DNA of 64,000 bases, taken from NCBI GenBank assembly GCA_902590695.1, contig CACIXR010000006.1, forward strand, positions 21,289 to 85,288, written 5' to 3'. This document shows, piece after piece, positions 29,544 to 39,069 of this stretch (position 1 is the first letter of the stretch; each line of letters starts with the position of its first letter). The position numbers were made by a program, and so were the translations under genes. Source of the DNA: an uncultured Alphaproteobacteria bacterium. GTDB taxonomy: Bacteria; Pseudomonadota; Alphaproteobacteria; HIMB59; GCA-002718135. The notes beneath the pieces are model-generated. The model did no database searches, was not told where the DNA came from, and saw only the letters and a list, made by a program, of their open reading frames with translations.

Positions 29544-30263
29544 ATGAAACTTTTAAAAGATGATAAAAATCAATGGGAAATATTATATTTTAAAATTAAA
29601 GAAAAAATTTTAAATAAAGAATTACTAAGTGGACAAAAACTAGAATCTCAAAACATATTGTCAAAAAAAAATAATATTTCACGATACTCAGTAAGAAAAG
29701 CAATTAAAAAATTAGAAAATGAAAACGTTATAATTTCGCATCAAGGAAAAGGTAGTTTTATCACTAAAAATATTTACAGAGTCCATCTTTCCAAAAATAG
29801 TAAATTTCATTTAAATGCTTTGTTAGAAAAAAGAGATTCCTCTGCTATTTTTTTAAGGTCAAAAATAATGAAACCTCCAATATTTGTTCAAAATTTATTA
29901 GAAGCAAAAGATTTTAAAAAAATTATTATGTGTGAACTATTGAGAAAAATTGATGGTAGCGTTGTATCCATATCAAGGCATTATTTTATTAGAGAAAAAT
30001 TTCCTGATATTGAAAAAAGAATAAAAAAATTCCTAAGCATAACTCTGGCTTTGAAAAGTTTGGGTGTCTATGAATTTCATCGCAGTAAAACGTATTTAAG
30101 TACAAGATTGCCAGATGCATATGAAAGAAGAATTATTAAAATTTCTAAATTAATGCCACTCTTAATATCTACAGGTTTAGATATTGATAAAGAAGGAAAT
30201 AAAATTCAAATATCCGTTTCTACAATGCGTGGAGATTTATCTGAATTTTCAATTATTCATTAA
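29544..30263 (+). CDS. phnF: GntR/HutC-family regulator with UTRA domain
   Basis: wHTH (ISRYSVRKAI...QGKGSF) plus UTRA; divergent from the phn operon. Confidence 0.8.
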   Translation: MKLLKDDKNQWEILYFKIKEKILNKELLSGQKLESQNILSKKNNISRYSVRKAIKKLENENVIISHQGKGSFITKNIYRVHLSKNSKFHLNALLEKRDSSAIFLRSKIMKPPIFVQNLLEAKDFKKIIMCELLRKIDGSVVSISRHYFIREKFPDIEKRIKKFLSITLALKSLGVYEFHRSKTYLSTRLPDAYERRIIKISKLMPLLISTGLDIDKEGNKIQISVSTMRGDLSEFSIIH

Positions 30264-30380
30264 TATTTATTAGTTTTAATTAATAACATTATTTTTCTTA
30301 ACTTAATTATTATTCAATAATTGAATATTCACAAAATTGTAAAATTATAATTTTAGGTTTTAATAAACAAAAGGAGATTT

Positions 30381-30701
30381 ATGTTATTTGAAAAATTACA
30401 AAAAGCATTTGAAGAAAAAGATGCCAAAGCTCACAGAGCTCTATTCCATGAAGACCATGAATTTATTAGCCATAAGCAAAATAAAGTTTTTAAAAAAAGT
30501 GAAGGAAGCGAGGAGCAAACTTTAGAAATGTTTAATAATATTACTCAAGATAAAGTTCGTTGTATTTATGAAAATGATGAAATTTTAGTTACACATCGCT
30601 TTAATACTTATGCATCTGGAGACAAAGAAGCTTTAATGATGGTTTCATTAAAAAAAGATGGATTAATTTGGAGAACAGAGACTGGCGCTACAGAAATGTA
30701 A
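30381..30701 (+). CDS. SnoaL/NTF2-like protein
   Basis: LFHEDHEF, RCIYENDEILVTH, KDGLIWRTETGAT; RBS AAGGAG. Confidence 0.75.
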   Translation: MLFEKLQKAFEEKDAKAHRALFHEDHEFISHKQNKVFKKSEGSEEQTLEMFNNITQDKVRCIYENDEILVTHRFNTYASGDKEALMMVSLKKDGLIWRTETGATEM

Positions 30702-30726
30702 ATAAACTTATTTTTAAGGAGGATTT

Positions 30727-31050
30727 ATGAAAAAAGGATATTGGGTAGGACAAGTAAAAGAAATTTAAAATGAAGAAAAATGGGGTCATTATTTAGAAAA
30801 ATTTATGAATATTGTTGCTGAGGAAGCAGAAAAGAAATCAGGAAATTTTGTTCCTACTGCTAGCAGTGAACCAAAGTTCTATATTCAAAAGAATTTTGAT
30901 TTATTATATTCAGCAGTTGTTGAATTTAATAGCGTACAAGATGCAATAGATGGGTACAATGATCCTCGTTATCAAGAAGCTTTGGCACATTTAGGCGAAA
31001 ATAAAGAGGATGTTGTTGTGAGAAATTTGGTAATTATAGAAGCAAATTAA
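30727..31050 (+). pseudogene. DUF1330-like protein interrupted by an in-frame TAA at 30766-30768
   Basis: RBS AAGGAGG, then ATG 30727: MKKGYWVGQVKEI*NEEKWGHYLEKF, in frame with ORF 30805; VVEFNS...YNDPRYQEA. Confidence 0.75.
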
Positions 31051-31073
31051 ATAAATAGAAAAAAGGAAGTATT

Positions 31074-31343
31074 ATGAAAATTATTATGAATGTTAGATTA
31101 AAAGAAGGTTATGAAAAATGGAAAAATCTTTTTCTCAGTGTTGATACTCATAGAGAAAAATATGGAATAAAAGTTTTAGCATATGGCCACCCTAAAGATG
31201 ATGAAACTAAAATTTATCAAGTTTTAGAGATTGAATCGATGGAAAAAATGCAAGCAGCAATGCAAGATCCAGAATTAGCAAAACTTAGAACTGATGCGGG
31301 TGTTGATTTAGATAGCCAAGAATTAGTTTTCTTGGTCGAGTAG
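31074..31343 (+). CDS. Small alpha+beta barrel protein (DUF3764-like), paralog of 7911..8186
   Basis: About half identical by manual alignment; shares VLAYGHPKD, ESME, KLRT.AGVDL. Confidence 0.65.
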   Translation: MKIIMNVRLKEGYEKWKNLFLSVDTHREKYGIKVLAYGHPKDDETKIYQVLEIESMEKMQAAMQDPELAKLRTDAGVDLDSQELVFLVE

Positions 31344-31373
31344 ATAAATAAAAAATAACACACTATATATTTT

Positions 31374-31418
31374 ATGGGGTATAAAGCCCTCTCCACTGAG
31401 GGAGTTTTGCCCCATTTT
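31374..31418 (+). terminator. Hairpin terminator between convergent genes
   Basis: ATGGGGTA...TGCCCCAT with inner CCTC/GAGG stem, then TTT. Confidence 0.55.
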
Positions 31419-31419
31419 C

Positions 31420-32628
31420 CTACTTAAAAGTTTTTTTACCCTTTTTGGTTAACTGATCACGTATTTTTTTTCTATCCTTACTTTTATCTAAGTCTTTATC
31501 CCAATCTAGTTTGTTTACTTCAGTGGCAACCCATGTTTTGATGTCATCTTTATTACTATTAGATTTTTTACTAATGTCTTTAGTAATTTTATTTATAAGA
31601 GTATTAATAATTCTATCTCGTTTACCTTGATCATCATTTGTTTCATACTGACCAACTATTTGATTACCATCATCTGGGTCAGCAGGATTTGTTTTAACAA
31701 CATCAATTTCTTGTTTTTGAATATAGTTACAATCAAATAATTGAAGTTTATTACATGATTTTTCTGCTTTCATTCCTTCATAGTGCATAACTTGATCACC
31801 ATTTTCACCCTGACTATACAAGCCAAATCTAAATTTTGGTCCCATTTGATATTCATTTTTGTTCTTTACAATTTTTGATATAGTTTTTCCTTCAAAGCGA
31901 TAAATAAGCTGATTATTTAACCAAAGTTTTATTTTTCCATCTTCTTGATCAGTCCAATTAATATTTAATAAGACAGTGTGCCATTTACCCTTCACATTAT
32001 TAAGGGTAATGATTCTTTTATAATCACTACCATCACATAGAGAAACTCCTGATCGGCCCACATAAATTCCATCATAACGCCAAGAAAAAAAGAAACTCAT
32101 TTCAGGGCAAGCAACATTAAATTCATCTATTGTTTGCGTAGTAAGCAAACTCCTTGTTAGTTTTTCATGTTCAAGATCCATTTTAAATTGGCCTATATGA
32201 ACAAAATCTCGCATATTTTTTGGTCCATCGGATGCAGGATCGATATAGAAAGACCAAGTATACCAATATTCACCTAAATGACCTCTTATTTTTTCACCAG
32301 TTATAGGATCAAAGAAACCAAGTTCAGAACGACCAATAAAAGTTTTTTCTTTTCTATTACAATCTTCAGCACCACAATCATCTAGTCTTTTTTCAAAACG
32401 CAAAGAATATTCATTTGTTTTTGTAATTTTATTATCATATCGAAGAGCCCAAGCGTTTTGATGTATTCTAGTATGTGTTTCTATTGGGCCCCAAAATCCA
32501 GTATCATACGGATATTTAATATTTTCCTCAAATTTAAAAATATATTCATCATCAAGAAATTGCTTAGGTGGATCTTTAGCGTAAACAATTGATGAAATTA
32601 AAAAAAGAAAAAATATAATTCTATACAT
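31420..32628 (-). CDS. Exported polysaccharide lyase-like protein (beta-jelly-roll, heparin lyase I/PF14099-like)
   Basis: Signal peptide; SLRFE, RSEL, EYWYTWSFYI, GQFK, GKWHTV, DGKIKLWLN, FRFGLY. Confidence 0.65.
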   Translation of the reverse strand: MYRIIFFLFLISSIVYAKDPPKQFLDDEYIFKFEENIKYPYDTGFWGPIETHTRIHQNAWALRYDNKITKTNEYSLRFEKRLDDCGAEDCNRKEKTFIGRSELGFFDPITGEKIRGHLGEYWYTWSFYIDPASDGPKNMRDFVHIGQFKMDLEHEKLTRSLLTTQTIDEFNVACPEMSFFFSWRYDGIYVGRSGVSLCDGSDYKRIITLNNVKGKWHTVLLNINWTDQEDGKIKLWLNNQLIYRFEGKTISKIVKNKNEYQMGPKFRFGLYSQGENGDQVMHYEGMKAEKSCNKLQLFDCNYIQKQEIDVVKTNPADPDDGNQIVGQYETNDDQGKRDRIINTLINKITKDISKKSNSNKDDIKTWVATEVNKLDWDKDLDKSKDRKKIRDQLTKKGKKTFK

Positions 32629-32750
32629 AAATAGCTTTTTATATAATTTTCTAAAAAATATATAAGAAATTTTTTTTCTAAATTTAAAAAAAAATTAGTC
32701 TCTATTAATTTTACTATTTAGTTTTCTTAAAATTTATTAGATTAAACAAA

Positions 32751-34355
32751 CTATCGTAACTGTAATAATATATCTGTAGCTTTATCTGCTATAGCCATAG
32801 CTGGTGCATTTGTATTAGCACCAACAATTGTTGGCATCATCGACACATCAAATACCCGTAAATTTTTTATGCCTTTTACTTCCAATTTTGTATTCAGAAC
32901 TGCCATTTCATCATTATCCTTGCCCATTTTACATGTACCAACTGGATGCCAATTTGTTTTAATCATTTTTTTTGAATAATTAATGAGATCTTCATCTGAA
33001 TTAATGGATTGACTAGGAACTGTTTCTTCCAAAACAATATCGGATAAAGGTTTTGTTTGAATTACCTTTCTTGCAAGCTTAACAGCATTTAACATAACAT
33101 TCATATCATCTTCATGACTTAAAAAATTTGGATCAATAAGAGGTAAATCTAATGGGTTGGAAGATTGAATTCTAACCTCACCTCGTGATTTTGGATTCAT
33201 TAGACAAGATGTAAGAGTTAAACCGTGATCAGGTTTTATGCCTTTTGTATCTCTATCGGTATACATTATGGGCACGCAATACAGTTTAATTTTAGGATCT
33301 TTTTTATCTTCTAAATTTTCTGGATTAAAAAAAGAGCAACTATCGACACCTTGTGATCGTACAGGCCCTGAATTAAATAATAAATACTGAATTCCATTTT
33401 TTATCATTCGCCACCCTTCATCTTGTTTATAATAACTATAACCAGCTTTTACTCTCGAGATAACAGGAACTTCATGATGATCTTGCAAATTTTTACCTAC
33501 ACCTTTTAAATTTTCAATTACTGGAATATTAAATTGTTGTAATTGCTCTTCTTCCCCTATTCCAGAATGCATTAAAATTTTAGGTGTTACGTATGCTCCT
33601 GATGTTAAAATAATATCATTTGCAAAATATTTAGTTGATTCACCATTTGATACACACTCAACACCAATTGCTTTTTTTTGATCAAGGATAATTTTTGTAA
33701 CAACAGAACTCGTTTTAATATCTAAATTCTTGTTATTGGTTTTTGAATTTAAAAAAGCACTATAAACATCACATCTTTTGCCATTACCAATGGTGTATTG
33801 CATAGTTCCTACTCCATATTGATCACCATCATTAAAATCATCATTATAAGGCAAACCCATAGCTTGCATTGTTTTGATATATAAGTTTGATCCTTCTACG
33901 ATATAACCAGGATCTGAAACTTTTAAGTTACCTTTATTTCCATGATATTCATTTTGAATACGTTGATTATTTTCAAGTTTAACAAAATGCTTGAGCAACG
34001 AGTTCCAATTCCAATTACTGTCTTCAGTCTCCTCTTCCCATTTATTATAATCTGAAGGTTTCCCTCGCATATAAACCATACCGTTCACTTTTGATCCCCC
34101 ACCAAGAGTTTTAGCTTGTGCTATAAAATGCTGACGGTTATTTAATTGTTTTTGCGGAATAGACTCATAAAATTTTAAGAATGGACTATTTTCTAATCCC
34201 TTAATCCAACCAGCTGGCATCGATAAAAGTAAATTATTTGTTTTAATACCTTCTTCTAAAATTAAAATAGAAGCACCATGATCAATTAATTTTGTTGCTG
34301 TTATAATTCCTGACGTTCCACCACCAGCTATTATGAAATCATATATTTTTGTCAT
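32751..34355 (-). CDS. GMC family oxidoreductase (choline dehydrogenase-like)
   Basis: DFIIAGGGTSG, LGGGSKVNGM, GKNLQDH, WHPVGTCKMG, NTNAP. Confidence 0.92.
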   Translation of the reverse strand: MTKIYDFIIAGGGTSGIITATKLIDHGASILILEEGIKTNNLLLSMPAGWIKGLENSPFLKFYESIPQKQLNNRQHFIAQAKTLGGGSKVNGMVYMRGKPSDYNKWEEETEDSNWNWNSLLKHFVKLENNQRIQNEYHGNKGNLKVSDPGYIVEGSNLYIKTMQAMGLPYNDDFNDGDQYGVGTMQYTIGNGKRCDVYSAFLNSKTNNKNLDIKTSSVVTKIILDQKKAIGVECVSNGESTKYFANDIILTSGAYVTPKILMHSGIGEEEQLQQFNIPVIENLKGVGKNLQDHHEVPVISRVKAGYSYYKQDEGWRMIKNGIQYLLFNSGPVRSQGVDSCSFFNPENLEDKKDPKIKLYCVPIMYTDRDTKGIKPDHGLTLTSCLMNPKSRGEVRIQSSNPLDLPLIDPNFLSHEDDMNVMLNAVKLARKVIQTKPLSDIVLEETVPSQSINSDEDLINYSKKMIKTNWHPVGTCKMGKDNDEMAVLNTKLEVKGIKNLRVFDVSMMPTIVGANTNAPAMAIADKATDILLQLR

Positions 34356-34399
34356 TAATAAATTTCTATAGAAATAGTAAATTCTTACAATAAAATAAA

Positions 34400-35539
34400 T
34401 TATTTTCTTAATTGATTAATAAAGTAAATAAACAATAATCCATTAAATGCCCAAATAAAACAAAGAGCGATAACATTAAAAGTTAAACCGAATGTTTCCG
34501 CTGAAAATCCAATTATAGCTGGTCCTATTAGAAAGCCAGAGAATGCAATTGTTGTAATATTTGCTGCAGTGATTGATATACTTTCATTAGTATATTTCAA
34601 TCCTTGCATTAGAACAACGGGATAAAAATTTGATGTCGAGAGAGCAAACAAAAATACTGATAAAATAATAATATAAATATTTGCAGTTAAAATAGAAATA
34701 AAGAAAATCAAACAACCAACTAAACCAAAATAACCTGCTGCAAATTTTACACCGTAAGCATTAACAATTTTTTCACCATATATTCTGCCTATAAATTCTC
34801 CACCTCCCCAACAAAGAATTGATAATGATGCAACATACAAGGATGCATTAAGATCTCTTTTTAACCATAATGGTGTCCATTCTAGCATAATTCCAACTGT
34901 ACCCATAAATATTGCTAAATTTAATCCAAAGAATAAAACTTTTCTTTCAGGTATTTTAAATTTAGCTAATTTTTCATAGTAATCATTTTCAGAAGATAAA
35001 CCAAATATGAATGTAAGAATGATAATTAAAGTTAAAAAGAATATTAAACCTATAAAAATATGAGGTGGATATAAATTTAAATAAAAAAATAAACTTGCAA
35101 AAATACCACTAATAATAAAACCAAAACTAAATGAAGCTTGCTGGTATGTTTGATAAATTCTTTTGGTTTTATTTTCAATAAAGTTAGTACTACTAGCGAT
35201 AGTCGGGAAAATTAAACCTGCAGCTATTGATAATGGAATACTTGAAAGAAAAAAAATTTGTATATTACTTGCCGTAATGAAAATGTAAGGAAAAATAGCA
35301 AAACTTAATTGACCCAACATTAAAGTTTTAGTGGTCCCAATAAGTGGAACAATTACTCTTCCTGACAATTGACTAAATATAAGTTGCAGAACTGCAAAAA
35401 TTGTAAACCAAATTCCTAAATCAGTTTCTTTTATTCCAACTCTGTCAAATAACCATGGAATATTTGTAACAGTAATTCCCCAGGTAAAAGCCAAAGCAAA
35501 ACCATTCAAGCATATTGCAAAAAATGCTTTTCTATACAT
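34400..35539 (-). CDS. MFS transporter
   Basis: About 12 TM segments; EW.PLW, GRIYG, GPAIIG. Confidence 0.8.
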   Translation of the reverse strand: MYRKAFFAICLNGFALAFTWGITVTNIPWLFDRVGIKETDLGIWFTIFAVLQLIFSQLSGRVIVPLIGTTKTLMLGQLSFAIFPYIFITASNIQIFFLSSIPLSIAAGLIFPTIASSTNFIENKTKRIYQTYQQASFSFGFIISGIFASLFFYLNLYPPHIFIGLIFFLTLIIILTFIFGLSSENDYYEKLAKFKIPERKVLFFGLNLAIFMGTVGIMLEWTPLWLKRDLNASLYVASLSILCWGGGEFIGRIYGEKIVNAYGVKFAAGYFGLVGCLIFFISILTANIYIIILSVFLFALSTSNFYPVVLMQGLKYTNESISITAANITTIAFSGFLIGPAIIGFSAETFGLTFNVIALCFIWAFNGLLFIYFINQLRK

Positions 35540-35564
35540 TCTTACCTAATACAATTTATTAAAT

Positions 35565-35852
35565 TTAAGAAATAGTTGAAGTATTGTGTTTAATAATACC
35601 TGATATTTCAATTATTTCAGAAGCAACTCCACCAGATCTTTCAGCATGCTCTTTAATGAGATCTTCAGAAGCAGCATTATAAATACAATAAATTGCATCA
35701 TTTAGAACATAACTTTGTTCTTGTTGTATTTCTTTTCCTTCCTCTCTCATTTCAATGAGTGCTTTTTCAGACTCCTTAGCCCCTTTATCAAGATCATTAG
35801 AAGGAGTTTTGGAAACTCCAGGTATCTCTCTTTTAATTAAAAATTTTTTCAT
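35565..35852 (-). CDS. DUF4242 family protein
   Basis: IKREIPG, SYV...YCIYNAASEDLIKEHAERSG. Confidence 0.8.
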   Translation of the reverse strand: MKKFLIKREIPGVSKTPSNDLDKGAKESEKALIEMREEGKEIQQEQSYVLNDAIYCIYNAASEDLIKEHAERSGGVASEIIEISGIIKHNTSTIS

Positions 35853-35900
35853 ATATTTTTCTTAATATTATTTTGTAATTGTTACAATATTATAAAACTA

Positions 35901-36836
35901 TTAAGTTCTAAGAGTAGTTTTGGATACAACTAATTCCTCACGCTTATTTTCTCTGAATACAACAAAGATACCACTTACCATAATAAGAAAAATACCAATA
36001 AATGAGTTTATATCTGGTACTTCAGAAAAAATAATAATTCCAATTATTATAGCAAAAATTAAATGGACGTACTCAGTTATACTATTAACTAAAGGTGATC
36101 CTACTCTGTATGCTGCAATCAAACAAAATATCCCAAGACTTCCAGTTGTAGAAATGAAAAGTATTAATCCAATAAATTGAAGATCATTAAGTATCCAGGG
36201 ATTACTAAGAATAGAAAAAATTGATAAATTAAAGTCTGAATTATGTAATAAAATACTTATTGCACTTCCTCCAAGAAATGCACCTATATAAATATGAAAA
36301 GTTTGTTGGAACAAGCTATCATGTTTTGAAGTTTTTTTAGCTAATGTCATTGATAAAGCATAGGTGGCAGCAGCAATAATTGGAAACAACATATAAATAT
36401 TTATTTCATTAAATTCTGGTTTGATAATTAAAAGTGTACCACTAAAACCAACAAAGATTGAAAATATTCTACTTAAGCCAATTTTTATATTCAAAATAAA
36501 GTAGGAATAAATAGTAATAAAAAATGGACTCACAAAAAACAAACTAGTTGCTTCCGCTAGAGTAATTTCGCTTAACGAAATAAAAAATAAGGTAAAGCCA
36601 AAGAAGAAGGTGGAACCTCTAAAAATAGCAATATAAGGGTGTGCTGTTCCAAAGAATATTGGTTGTTTTGTATAAGTTAAATAAAGGCATAACAAAGAAA
36701 ATCCTACTCCTCCTCTAAATACGAGTATTTGCATTAAAGAGGCATCATGAATGGTGTATTTAATTAAAACATCCTGGGTAATGATGAATAACATCCCCAC
36801 AATAATTAAAATAAGACCCTTTATGTTATTATTCAT
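35901..36836 (-). CDS. DMT/EamA transporter
   Basis: 10 TM segments; FVSPFF, IIKPEF, FSEVPD. Confidence 0.85.
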   Translation of the reverse strand: MNNNIKGLILIIVGMLFIITQDVLIKYTIHDASLMQILVFRGGVGFSLLCLYLTYTKQPIFFGTAHPYIAIFRGSTFFFGFTLFFISLSEITLAEATSLFFVSPFFITIYSYFILNIKIGLSRIFSIFVGFSGTLLIIKPEFNEINIYMLFPIIAAATYALSMTLAKKTSKHDSLFQQTFHIYIGAFLGGSAISILLHNSDFNLSIFSILSNPWILNDLQFIGLILFISTTGSLGIFCLIAAYRVGSPLVNSITEYVHLIFAIIIGIIIFSEVPDINSFIGIFLIMVSGIFVVFRENKREELVVSKTTLRT

Positions 36837-36896
36837 ATAAATTTTCTTAGAGTAATTTAGGTATTAGTTTAGAAAAAAAAATAATATATAATTATT

Positions 36897-37919
36897 TTGA
36901 TGATTTTTTATCTTGTAACACCACTAATATTGATTTTTGCTAGTTCTTTAGGATTAATCATTAATCCATCTTGGTCAATTTCACCTTTTATTTGGGTTTT
37001 CATATTAGTGCCAATTATTGACCTTGTATTACCTTACTTAAGTAAAGATGATGTTGAGCTAAATGAAAGTGTATTTCACAATTTTTCTATTTTAATCGTA
37101 CTCCCCTGCATTTTATTTTTAATTATATTTGGTTTAATTATTGTTTCTGACTCCACTATCACTTTATTAACCGCTGCAGCTTTAGGAGCAGCTGTAGGTA
37201 TGTCTGGCGGTTCTATCGGCATTACAACTGCACATGAACTTATTCATCGGAAAAATAAATTTATGCGCGGTATAGGAGTATTCTTACTAGTTTTATGTTG
37301 TTATGGCCATTTTCGAATTGAGCATATTTATGGTCATCATTTAAATGTAGCTACTAAAGAAGATCCTGCTACAGCTAGAAGAGGAGAAAATTTTTATTTT
37401 TATTTTATTCGCTGTGTAATCAATAGTGTGATTTCATCATGGAATATTGAAAAAAATATTCTTGATAGAAAAAATCTAAATACATTTAGTTTCCAAAACA
37501 GAATGATTCATTATTTTGTATTAGAATTTTTATTTTTAGAATTTGCTTATTTAATTGCCGGTATGAATGGTTTAATTTTTGTTATCTTTCATTCTTTTGT
37601 TTCCATAATCTTATTGGAGTTAGTAAATTATATTCAGCATTATGGTTTAGAAAGAAAAAAAGAAAATGGAAGGTATGAAAGATTTACAGATTTACATTCT
37701 TGGAATAGTCGTCACATCTCTGCTAATTGGTCGACATTTAATTTGGGTCTTCATGCTGAACATCACCAGAGCGCATCAAAGCCCTACCCTCTTTTATCTC
37801 AAGAAGAAAAAGCAATAGAGATGCCTGCTAATTACTCAATCATGTTAATAATGGCTTTAATCCCTCCTTTGTGGTTTTTTGTGATGGATAGGAAAATAGA
37901 TAACCTAAAAACTATTTAA
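36897..37919 (+). CDS. alkB: Alkane 1-monooxygenase (membrane di-iron hydroxylase)
   Basis: HELIH, EHIYGHH, EDPATARRGE, NYIQHYG, HAEHH, PPLW. Confidence 0.88.
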   Translation: MMIFYLVTPLILIFASSLGLIINPSWSISPFIWVFILVPIIDLVLPYLSKDDVELNESVFHNFSILIVLPCILFLIIFGLIIVSDSTITLLTAAALGAAVGMSGGSIGITTAHELIHRKNKFMRGIGVFLLVLCCYGHFRIEHIYGHHLNVATKEDPATARRGENFYFYFIRCVINSVISSWNIEKNILDRKNLNTFSFQNRMIHYFVLEFLFLEFAYLIAGMNGLIFVIFHSFVSIILLELVNYIQHYGLERKKENGRYERFTDLHSWNSRHISANWSTFNLGLHAEHHQSASKPYPLLSQEEKAIEMPANYSIMLIMALIPPLWFFVMDRKIDNLKTI

Positions 37920-37925
37920 TTTAAT

Positions 37926-38621
37926 ATGATAGATTTTTTTTCTAAGTTGAAAGATAATCGTATTTTTCAATTTTCTGTTGTTGTTATAATTATATTAAAT
38001 GCCATTCTTATTGGTGCCACAACATATCAATTAGATCCTATATTTTTAAATACTATTCACTTACTTGATTATGCGATAACGGTTTTCTTTGTTATTGAAA
38101 TACTTATTCGTTTTATTGGAGAAAAAGAAAAGAAAAAGTTTTTAAAAGATGGTTGGAATGTATTTGATACTATAATTGTTGCAATATCGCTTATTCCAAT
38201 TCCAAATAATTCTAGTTTCCTAGTTTTACGTCTTCTTCGTATATTTAGAGTTTTACGATTAATATCTGTTATTCCTGAATTAAAAAAAATTATAGAAGCA
38301 ATTCTTGCTTCTATTAAAAGAGTATTTTTTGTTAGTCTCCTACTTTTTATTATACTCTATATTTATGCTACAATGGGTTCCATCCTTTTTGGAGATGATG
38401 ATCCAGAGAGATGGGCTGATTTAGGCATATCCCTAATAACATTATTTCAGGTCTTAACATTATCTAGTTGGGAGAATGTTATGCTGCCTATGCAGGCAAT
38501 ATACTGGTGGTCTTGGATTTATTTTTTTTCTTTTATCTCTATTTGTTCAATAACAATTTTAAACCTTGTTATAGCAATTCTTGTTGATGTTGTTAATCAT
38601 CAGCATGATAATGAGAAATAA
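37926..38621 (+). CDS. BacNav-type voltage-gated cation channel
   Basis: DGWNVFD, S4 LRLLRIFRVLRL, pore LFQVLTLSSWE, S6 LNLVIA. Confidence 0.88.
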   Translation: MIDFFSKLKDNRIFQFSVVVIIILNAILIGATTYQLDPIFLNTIHLLDYAITVFFVIEILIRFIGEKEKKKFLKDGWNVFDTIIVAISLIPIPNNSSFLVLRLLRIFRVLRLISVIPELKKIIEAILASIKRVFFVSLLLFIILYIYATMGSILFGDDDPERWADLGISLITLFQVLTLSSWENVMLPMQAIYWWSWIYFFSFISICSITILNLVIAILVDVVNHQHDNEK

Positions 38622-38660
38622 AATTATTAGAGAATCGCTAAAAAAGTATTAAAAAAAAGT

Positions 38661-39065
38661 ATGAAAGAAACATTATTTAAACCATTACATTGGATTATGT
38701 TAATTTTAATTTCACTTGATTTTATTGATACTACCTATCGTATATCTTATGGATACTTTTCAGGTCAGGGTGTGCAACCACCAGTAGGAGATTTTAATGT
38801 TCAACTTTCCACTTTAGATTTTATTGTAAGTATCATCTTTCAGTTAGCAATCGCTTACACAATTTATATGTTGTACAGTATGAAAAGAAGTGGTGGATAT
38901 TATTTAGTTGGTTTAAATATTCTCTTCGTAATTTATGGATTTGTTATTGGTCCATTTAGCACAGTACCTGCTGGTGAAGTTATTCCACTAATAGCTGGTT
39001 TTATGGTTTTCTATATTATTTTTGTCATTGGGATACCTTATTTGTATTCTGATAAATACGAATAA
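38661..39065 (+). CDS. Hypothetical membrane protein
   Basis: Four hydrophobic segments. Confidence 0.6.
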   Translation: MKETLFKPLHWIMLILISLDFIDTTYRISYGYFSGQGVQPPVGDFNVQLSTLDFIVSIIFQLAIAYTIYMLYSMKRSGGYYLVGLNILFVIYGFVIGPFSTVPAGEVIPLIAGFMVFYIIFVIGIPYLYSDKYE

Positions 39066-39069
39066 GATT

